The notes under the pieces: model-generated
The model's database searches: none
The model's input: the letters and a program-made list of their open reading frames with translations, nothing else
Told to the model about the DNA's origin: nothing
Origin: an uncultured Desulfosarcina sp.
GTDB taxonomy: Bacteria; Desulfobacterota; Desulfobacteria; Desulfobacterales; Desulfosarcinaceae
DNA: 64,000 nt
Reading direction: 5' to 3'
Assembly (NCBI GenBank): GCA_963674945.2
Contig: CAXXWQ010000002.1
Location: forward strand, 96,001 to 160,000
Shown here: in pieces, positions 62,409 to 64,000 of the stretch
Position numbering within the stretch: the stretch's first letter is position 1
Layout: every line of letters starts with the position of its first letter
Made by a program: the position numbers and the translations under genes

Positions 62409-64000
62409 ATGAACCATTGGCTTAAAGCGATTTGCCTTTGTTTGGCAATCATTTCCATGATCCTGGGCTGTGCATCGGACGAGGAAAAAAAACTGTCCCA
62501 CTTTGAAAAAGGGGTGAAATACTTTGACGAAGCCGAATACAAGTCCGCCGAACTGGAATTGAGAAATGCAATACAGATTGATCCCGAATATGTCGATGCC
62601 TACGTCAAGCTGGGTGAAACCTACTTAAAACTTGGGGATGTCCGAGGGGCATTTCGTGAATATTCCACGGTGGTCAGGATCGATCCGGGCAACACGGAAG
62701 CCCGACTGAAATTGGCCACCTTTTACTTGTTGGGAAAGCAGTATGCCGACTCTCGGTCCCAGGTGGACACCGTACTGGCCAATGCGCCCGACAATATCGA
62801 AGCGCTTTACATCAAGGCCGGGTTGGACAACAACGATCAAAAACTGTCCGATGCCATAGAAACCTTCGAAACAATCATCGGGCTCGACGACCAACAGTCC
62901 CGCGCCCATATCGGACTTTCCCATATTTTTGGAAGGCAAGGGAAGATGGATGAGGCAGAGTCACAATTGAAAAAGGCGGTGGAGATCGACCCTGCGAATA
63001 CCCAAACGAGATTGGCGTTGGTCAGTTTCTACGCGGCACAAAAAGATTTTGCGAAGGCTGAAAATGAAATCAATCGCGTGATCGCGGATAATCCGCAAAA
63101 TGCCAAATTGTATGCGGTGAAGGCTGATTTTTACATGGGGCGCAAAAAACCAACGGAAGCCGAGGCGGCGCTATTAAAGGCTATCTCGTTGGAACCGAAG
63201 AATCCCGATGTCTATCTGTCTGCGGCCCGGTTTTACGATACGACGTCAAAGCCTGACCAGGCCAAAGAGATGATTGCCAAGGCCCTGGATTTGAATCCGG
63301 AAGACATTGCGGTGTTGAATGCGGCCGCTCGATACTATTTCAAGATAAAGGAAATTGAAACGGCCGAGACCTATAACGAAAAGATACTGGACATTCGTCC
63401 CGAATTTTTCCCCGCCCGGATGCTGAAGGGCGAAATCTTCATCGCCAATGGTCAGTGGAATGAGGCCCTGTCGATTTTCGATCAAATTCTCACCCAGGAA
63501 CCAAATGCAGAGCAGGCACATTATTACAAAGGACTGGCCCATTTTTCAAAAGGGGAATTCCAGGTAGCAAAATCCTCTTTGAACCGGGCGATTGAACTCA
63601 ACGATAAAGATATTCGGGCCAAGATGCTGTTGGCGGAAATCTCCCTTCGACTGCGTGATGTGGATGCAGCCGAAAAGCTCAGCGCCGAAGTGCTAACGGA
63701 CGTGCCGGACAACTTTCAGGCCAATTTTATTCTGGGCCGGACCTATCTGGCCAAAGGGCAAGCTTCAGCAGCGGAAAAATTGTTTCATCGGACCATCGAG
63801 ATTCAACCTCAAAGTCCCCAGGGATATTTTCAATTAGGCCTCGCCCAGAAAATGCAAAAGGACTATGACACGGCGGCAGTCTCATTTGAAAAGGCCCTGG
63901 CCATCAATCCGGAGCTGATGGATGTCTTTACCCAACTGATCGGCGTCCATGTGGAAAAAGCCGATTATGACAAAGCCCTTTCCAGATGCGACACCCAGCT
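62409..64000 (+). CDS. prsT: PrsT-like TPR lipoprotein of the PEP-CTERM system (partial; runs off the window and is absent from the ORF track)
   Basis: GGAGG RBS; MNHWLKAICLCLAIISMILGCASDEEKKLSHFEKG...AELELRNAIQIDP; lipobox LGC followed by TPRs. Confidence 0.8.
   Translation, partial: MNHWLKAICLCLAIISMILGCASDEEKKLSHFEKGVKYFDEAEYKSAELELRNAIQIDPEYVDAYVKLGETYLKLGDVRGAFREYSTVVRIDPGNTEARLKLATFYLLGKQYADSRSQVDTVLANAPDNIEALYIKAGLDNNDQKLSDAIETFETIIGLDDQQSRAHIGLSHIFGRQGKMDEAESQLKKAVEIDPANTQTRLALVSFYAAQKDFAKAENEINRVIADNPQNAKLYAVKADFYMGRKKPTEAEAALLKAISLEPKNPDVYLSAARFYDTTSKPDQAKEMIAKALDLNPEDIAVLNAAARYYFKIKEIETAETYNEKILDIRPEFFPARMLKGEIFIANGQWNEALSIFDQILTQEPNAEQAHYYKGLAHFSKGEFQVAKSSLNRAIELNDKDIRAKMLLAEISLRLRDVDAAEKLSAEVLTDVPDNFQANFILGRTYLAKGQASAAEKLFHRTIEIQPQSPQGYFQLGLAQKMQKDYDTAAVSFEKALAINPELMDVFTQLIGVHVEKADYDKALSRCDTQ

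Overview
A 64-kb chromosomal segment, most likely from a sulfate-reducing deltaproteobacterium (Desulfobacterales-like; inferred from gene content). Left part: housekeeping and signalling genes (murJ, iron ADH, MCP with a sigma-28-like promoter, hybrid kinase, ftsH, vanZ-like, thrS, RNase D). 15.1-40.6 kb: a Wzy-dependent exopolysaccharide cluster with an AT-rich variable core and an unusual sulfotransferase/capsule-synthesis/TPR fusion, ending in an ExeA-type ATPase. 40.6-58.1 kb, opposite strand: a Mo-nitrogenase cluster (nifA, nifH-I1-I2-D-K-E-N-B-fdx-HEPN-like-GNAT-nifV). Its nifB is split by a 3431-bp IS66-family element with an 8-bp target duplication. The element carries an extra DUF4338/Mom-like gene translationally coupled to its transposase. 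Right end: radical SAM gene, prsR, a PEP-CTERM protein gene and a partial prsT. Two families of dispersed, structured intergenic repeats (four copies each) are present. No rRNA, tRNA or CRISPR array was seen.
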